The position numbers were made by a program, and so were the translations under genes. A stretch of 64,000 bases of DNA, taken from NCBI GenBank assembly GCA_963677485.1, contig OY781964.1, positions 3,456,001 to 3,520,000 on the forward strand. Direction: 5' to 3'. The first letter of the stretch is position 1; each line of letters opens with the position of its first letter. The DNA is from Armatimonadota bacterium. Its GTDB lineage: Bacteria > Armatimonadota > HRBIN16. Under the pieces are notes generated by a model, which was not told where the DNA came from, did no database searches, and was given only the letters and a program-made list of their open reading frames with translations. Shown here in pieces: positions 59,156-64,000 of the stretch.

Positions 59156-61501
59156 ATGACCAAGAATAACATAGCACTCCCTCTCGCCATCGCTGTGATG
59201 TCGTCGCTGCCAGCAGCGGCTGGAACGAGTCCGCAGGCGGTGATCACCGGCAGCGTGAAGCAGCCGGTGCGCATCCTCTGCGAGCAGTCGCCGGAAGCGG
59301 CCAAGATGGGAAGATACCTTCGCGACTTCTTGAAAGCGCGGCACTGCCCTGCCACCGTTGTGCTGAAAGGCACTCTAATTCCTGACAGCCAGGCCACACA
59401 GATGGTATTAGCTACACCAGGCAGCCTGCCCTCATTGGCCTCAGAGGTATCAGTGCCGAAGTTCGCCAAAGCTGCCCGCGATGAGGCTTTTGTGCTGGAT
59501 GTGCGCGCTGGGAAGACGAGCTCTACGCTTTTACTAATAGGTAAGTCGCCTGCAGGCCTGCGTGCCGCCGCCTCCCGGTTCGTGTGCAAGCTGGCCAATA
59601 ACGGCAAGCAGCTCAGCATCGACAGCGGCAGGGAGCAGGTCGACCCCTTCATCAAGCGAAGACTGATCTTTGTGGGTGACCCGGCACGGCGCCAGGTACC
59701 CTTCGGCTCGCCATTCAAAGACGCAGACTACGAGACATGGTCGGAAGCCCGAATCCGGGCCTACCCGGAGCTGTTCTGGCAGTTCGGCTTCAACGGCTTA
59801 CAGGCGGGCGAATACCGCGGATATGGCAGCGTGCCCGACAGCGACATGCCTCGCATCCGCAAGGCGCTTCAGACGCTGTATAAAGGCGCCGGTGATTATG
59901 ATCTGTTCCGCTCGATGTTCATATGGGGTGACTGCCTGTTTGACGAGGGCGTGACCTACTCCTGGAACAATGGCACGGAACGCAAAATCATGCGTCTATA
60001 CCAAAAAGACATCGCCCGCGACTTCGGTCCGTTGATCGACCACTTCATCATCCATGTGGGCGACCCGGGCGGCTGCAGCCGTGACGGCTGTGATCTGTAC
60101 AAAACGCCGCAGGACCTCACCACATCGATGCTGGAGCAGTTCCGCAGGTATAATCCCAAGATGATCGGCACCCTGAGCACCTGGGCGAACAGCTATTTCT
60201 GGCGGAAAAGCCCGGTCAAACTCGACATGTCTAATTATGGGCCGATGTTCCCCGACATGGTGGCGCAAAAGGAGTTCAACGAGCCGATTCCGAGCGGTGC
60301 GAAGTTCATGGACGACCACTTCCTTCCGATGGACGTCGGCATCGCGATGAACCGCAGCTACAATGAGCAGCAGGCGGACATGATCCGCTCGCACAACCGG
60401 CCTGCCAGCATCTGGAGCTGGTATATCGGCGACAACGAGATGTTGAACACCTACTGGTTTACCATGCAGCACACCAACAATATGCTGAGCGCCATGCCGG
60501 ACAAGGCGCGGGAGCAGATCGACTGGGAGACGCACGACCTCTGCTGGCATGGATGGCCCAACATCATCAGTGCCTATGTCGGCTCACAGAAGCTGTGGAA
60601 CCCTCGTCGACCACTCATCGACATCGAGAGGGAGTTCTGTGTGGCCAGCTTTGGTCCGCAGAACGCCGAGGCAGTGCTGGGACTCTATCACGCGGTGGAG
60701 AGCGGCTGGACACAGCCGATACCCACACCGGAGAAGTGGGGCACACCGGAACACAACGCCTACCTCACCCAGGTGCTTCAAAAGGCCAGCAGCATCAAGT
60801 TTCCACCCAACTGGAAGTCCAATTTCGCCTTCCCTGTGCCCGCTCAGAAGTATGTGGAGCTGCTTACAGCCCGCGTCAAGCTGATCAGGGCGGTCTCGCA
60901 GGCGCAACTGGCTTTGGATTCCCTGCGCAAACGCCATGGCATCACGAAAAGCAACCGCGCGCAGACGCTGTATTTCAAGGCGGAAGACAGCCGCGGTGGG
61001 GAAGTCGCCGCGGCCCGAAATTACGAGATATCCATGCCGTTACAGCCAGGGCACACGCTTGGCGTGAGCTTCAATGCGATCCGTGACTTCCAGAAGGCGG
61101 GCATTGTCAGCTTCGGCAACCCAGGTTGTGGCATGACCCTTAGTCTGTATGATAAGCAGGGTGGGAAGCTGCTAGCCCAGAAGGTGTTTACGTCTTTGCC
61201 TGCGGAGCAGTGGATCACCCTGGACACAGACCAGCCTGCTGGTGGCTACTATCTGGAGGTCAGCGACCCGACGGGCGTGCCGACCGGCGTTTACGGATCC
61301 GCCGTGGCGAAGGAGGGCGTCACTGTGTATACCAACGGCCAGGCTGTGCCGTCTGAACCGGCGGAGTTGATGCAGCTCAAGCGGAAGCTGATTGAGGAGC
61401 TGCCCAACCTGCCCATCGACCCGATGTGGAAGATGGACCGCTCCATCGCCAACCCGGGATTCACCGTACCCACCTTCGCGGAGATGATCGAGCGGATGTA
61501 G
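59156..61501 (+). CDS. secreted putative glycoside hydrolase: GH20/GH67-like N-terminal domain, probable TIM barrel, C-terminal beta domain
   Basis: Signal peptide; DEAFVLDV...LLLIGKSPAGLRAA resembles hexosaminidase domain 2; HVGDPGGC...C and WSWY..DNE motifs. Confidence 0.55.
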   Translation: MTKNNIALPLAIAVMSSLPAAAGTSPQAVITGSVKQPVRILCEQSPEAAKMGRYLRDFLKARHCPATVVLKGTLIPDSQATQMVLATPGSLPSLASEVSVPKFAKAARDEAFVLDVRAGKTSSTLLLIGKSPAGLRAAASRFVCKLANNGKQLSIDSGREQVDPFIKRRLIFVGDPARRQVPFGSPFKDADYETWSEARIRAYPELFWQFGFNGLQAGEYRGYGSVPDSDMPRIRKALQTLYKGAGDYDLFRSMFIWGDCLFDEGVTYSWNNGTERKIMRLYQKDIARDFGPLIDHFIIHVGDPGGCSRDGCDLYKTPQDLTTSMLEQFRRYNPKMIGTLSTWANSYFWRKSPVKLDMSNYGPMFPDMVAQKEFNEPIPSGAKFMDDHFLPMDVGIAMNRSYNEQQADMIRSHNRPASIWSWYIGDNEMLNTYWFTMQHTNNMLSAMPDKAREQIDWETHDLCWHGWPNIISAYVGSQKLWNPRRPLIDIEREFCVASFGPQNAEAVLGLYHAVESGWTQPIPTPEKWGTPEHNAYLTQVLQKASSIKFPPNWKSNFAFPVPAQKYVELLTARVKLIRAVSQAQLALDSLRKRHGITKSNRAQTLYFKAEDSRGGEVAAARNYEISMPLQPGHTLGVSFNAIRDFQKAGIVSFGNPGCGMTLSLYDKQGGKLLAQKVFTSLPAEQWITLDTDQPAGGYYLEVSDPTGVPTGVYGSAVAKEGVTVYTNGQAVPSEPAELMQLKRKLIEELPNLPIDPMWKMDRSIANPGFTVPTFAEMIERM

Positions 61502-61927
61502 GGGATGACGTCGAGTACACAGGGTATCAGCACGCTGAACTACCCTGTGTACCGCTACAGAGCCATGGGACACCAGAAAATACCTCGACTTCATCCCCAT
61601 CCGTGCTGCGAGGGGATGTAGCCACACCATCATTGTGACCATTCAATCAGCACGCGTTTCGTCATTGTTTCCACTCCTCTAGATAACCACGGATTAATGT
61701 TTGTGATATTCACTAAGATTTTCATGAAATTCGCTCAAGATGCCCCTTGATCGCGATTTTTTTGCGGTATAACGTAATTGATGAAAAAAGGATAGAGGAT
61801 ATAATCCACTATTCTACCATTAAGTGGTGCTGCACGTAGTTGTGGGCAGACCATAAATGCTTGATATATAGCCAGCCTAGATGTCTTCCAGATATCTAGC
61901 GAATGGAAGAGTCCTGGAGGTTTCCTG

Positions 61928-64000
61928 TTGAAAAACACCGCGTCTTGTGTAGCTGTATGCCTAGCAATACTCATAACGCTAATTCAAATTCCCGTTTCCG
62001 CATACGCCCAGGGAGGCACCGTCGAAGCCTGGTCAGGATTACGAATCCTTCCGGGTGAACAGAACGGCTTTGTCTCCATATCTGCTGGCGGCGTTTACGC
62101 TGGATTGAAGCGTGATGGATCGATTGTATGTTGGGGTTCACAGATAGATAACATGATGAAGGTGCCCGAACCCAACAGTGGTTTCATAGCTGTTTCAGCG
62201 GGTCGTGAGCAGGTAATCGCCCTCCGAAAAAACGGATCTGTGGTGATATGGGGCCGAAATGACTACGGCCAATGTACCGTTCCTGAGCCAAACAGTGGGT
62301 TCGTTGCGGTAAAAGCCGATGCTTATCATAGCAACAATCCACTTTGTATGGGTATCAAGAGTGATGGATCTGTTGTATATTTTAGCGCGGACACCATTTA
62401 CAATATTGTGTTTACCAATCTCGCTTCGGTCTCATCGAGTTCAAACGACTATGGCTCCAACTATTCAATCGGTGTGAAGACTGACGGATCCTTGATATAC
62501 GATGGCTATGGCGGAACCAGTATGGAACCCCTACCACAACCCAATACCAACTTTACCGCAGTATCATGCGGAGCAAGCCATGCTGCTGCCCTAAGAAAAG
62601 ATGGTTCGATCGTCTGCTGGGGAGAGAACGCATACGGCAAATGCTCTGTTCCTGAGCCAAATACCGGCTTTGTGGAAGTAGCAGCCGGCGTTCAGCATAC
62701 CGTAGGACTGAAAAGCGATGGGTCGGTGGTGTGCTGGGGTTCCAACATCTATGGTCAGTGTACACCGCCTGTACCTAACGAAGGGTTTGTCAAAATCTTT
62801 GCGGTTGGCTACGGCACGATTGGCCTTAAGCGAGATGGATCATATGTCTATTGGGGTATCCGTAACCAATATCTGATGCCAGGACGTAATGAGGGTTTCA
62901 CCAAACTGACCTGTGGTGGTGGTTATATTGCCGGAATGAAGCAAGGTGGCAGCCTCACCGTTTGGGGCGGGCACGGGTATGACGTGTATCCCCTGGATGT
63001 CGTTCCATATCCGAACCAAGACTTTATCGATGTGGCGTTAGGTGACCAGCACGCGATTGCCGTGAAGAGTGACGGGTCGGTGGTCACCTGGGGACGCCAT
63101 GACGACGGCGGATGCACTCTACCTTATCCCAATACGGAATTCAAGGCTGTAGCGGCAACCAAGGCTACTAATCAAGCCTATAACTTAGGGCTAAAAAAAG
63201 ATGGTTCTGTGCTGAGCTGGAACACCGGTAACCTGGCAGCTTATAAGATACCTCAGCCTAATTCAGACTTCACAGCGATAGACGCAGGTGACTACCATTT
63301 CCTGGGGTTGAAGAGTGACGGGTCGATAGTCTGTTGGGGGAGTTCAAGCCCCAGCCTTACCACCGTTCCAGAACCAAATACCGATTATGTTGCCATCGCC
63401 GCCGGCAGCTCGCATAATGTGGCATTAAGACGTGATGGCTCTATAGTATGCTGGAGCCAGTATACTTCTGCTGATATATGCACGGTTCCGGAACCAAACC
63501 AGGATTTTGTGGGCATCGCCGCGGGCTATGATTATTCCTATGGCCTCAAGCGTGACGGGTCTGTGGTGGGTTGGGGATCCAACTATGGGACCACATTTGA
63601 AATGCCAGCTAAGGGGCCCGGTGTGATGTCCATCGCTGCGTTTTATCGTAGTTTACTCATGATTCGCAGCCAGCAGAACGTGCCAGGGCAGATCAGTTTG
63701 AGAGGTTTTACTGGCAGCGTGCCATCTCAACGGTTTACGGCCACCATCACCAGTATGGCTAATCCAGCCCTTAGTCAATGCCTTAATCTGCAACCGCAAA
63801 TTGATGGCCGCTATAACCTGTCAACTTACCTGCAACCGCCATACAATATACGTCTAGCCAGCCCTCACTTCCTCACTGCCAAAGCCACAAATGTGGCACC
63901 AGGGCAGAACACCGGTTTTGAGCTGATCAATGGCGATGCCAATGGTGATGGTCTGATCAATCTGTTCGACTACGTGGTTTTGGACTCTCACTTCAACAGC
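61928..64000 (+). CDS. secreted RCC1/BLIP-II repeat protein with C-terminal dockerin-like EF-hand motif (3' partial)
   Basis: GGAGG RBS then TTG; signal peptide; about 40-aa repeats VPEPNxGF.A..AG..H...LK.DGS..CWG; ends GDANGDGLINLFDYVVLDSHFNS at the window edge, in the same frame as the start. Confidence 0.82.
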   Translation, partial: MKNTASCVAVCLAILITLIQIPVSAYAQGGTVEAWSGLRILPGEQNGFVSISAGGVYAGLKRDGSIVCWGSQIDNMMKVPEPNSGFIAVSAGREQVIALRKNGSVVIWGRNDYGQCTVPEPNSGFVAVKADAYHSNNPLCMGIKSDGSVVYFSADTIYNIVFTNLASVSSSSNDYGSNYSIGVKTDGSLIYDGYGGTSMEPLPQPNTNFTAVSCGASHAAALRKDGSIVCWGENAYGKCSVPEPNTGFVEVAAGVQHTVGLKSDGSVVCWGSNIYGQCTPPVPNEGFVKIFAVGYGTIGLKRDGSYVYWGIRNQYLMPGRNEGFTKLTCGGGYIAGMKQGGSLTVWGGHGYDVYPLDVVPYPNQDFIDVALGDQHAIAVKSDGSVVTWGRHDDGGCTLPYPNTEFKAVAATKATNQAYNLGLKKDGSVLSWNTGNLAAYKIPQPNSDFTAIDAGDYHFLGLKSDGSIVCWGSSSPSLTTVPEPNTDYVAIAAGSSHNVALRRDGSIVCWSQYTSADICTVPEPNQDFVGIAAGYDYSYGLKRDGSVVGWGSNYGTTFEMPAKGPGVMSIAAFYRSLLMIRSQQNVPGQISLRGFTGSVPSQRFTATITSMANPALSQCLNLQPQIDGRYNLSTYLQPPYNIRLASPHFLTAKATNVAPGQNTGFELINGDANGDGLINLFDYVVLDSHFNS

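Overview
Bacterial genomic window (mostly mid-50s % GC by eye). The gene content tentatively suggests an Armatimonadota-like sugar degrader; this is inference only. Left part (1-27 kb): NUDIX hydrolases, three URO-D/MtaA-family proteins, CPBP protease, MFS transporter and many secreted carbohydrate-active enzymes. Right part (39-64 kb): two pairs of duplicated GH-like genes, a rare bacterial Rh-type ammonium channel, tRNA-Leu, lpdA, thrC, a dnaK-hsp20-dnaJ-hspR operon with a HAIR operator, and a truncated RCC1-repeat protein. The standout is 27.4-38.8 kb. One YtrA-like GntR regulator and one ABC ATPase are followed by eight translationally coupled permease-like genes, arranged as four ~2.5-kb [B+A] cassettes. 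Their AT-richer, divergent bodies are separated by ~230-bp near-identical GC-rich anchor repeats that straddle the gene junctions. This looks like a polymorphic, recombination-shuffled ABC-permease cassette array ending next to tRNA-Pro. The window also holds several unrelated REP/MITE-like repeat families and three frameshifted CAZyme genes that may be sequencing errors. No CRISPR array, integrase, transposase or reverse transcriptase was seen.
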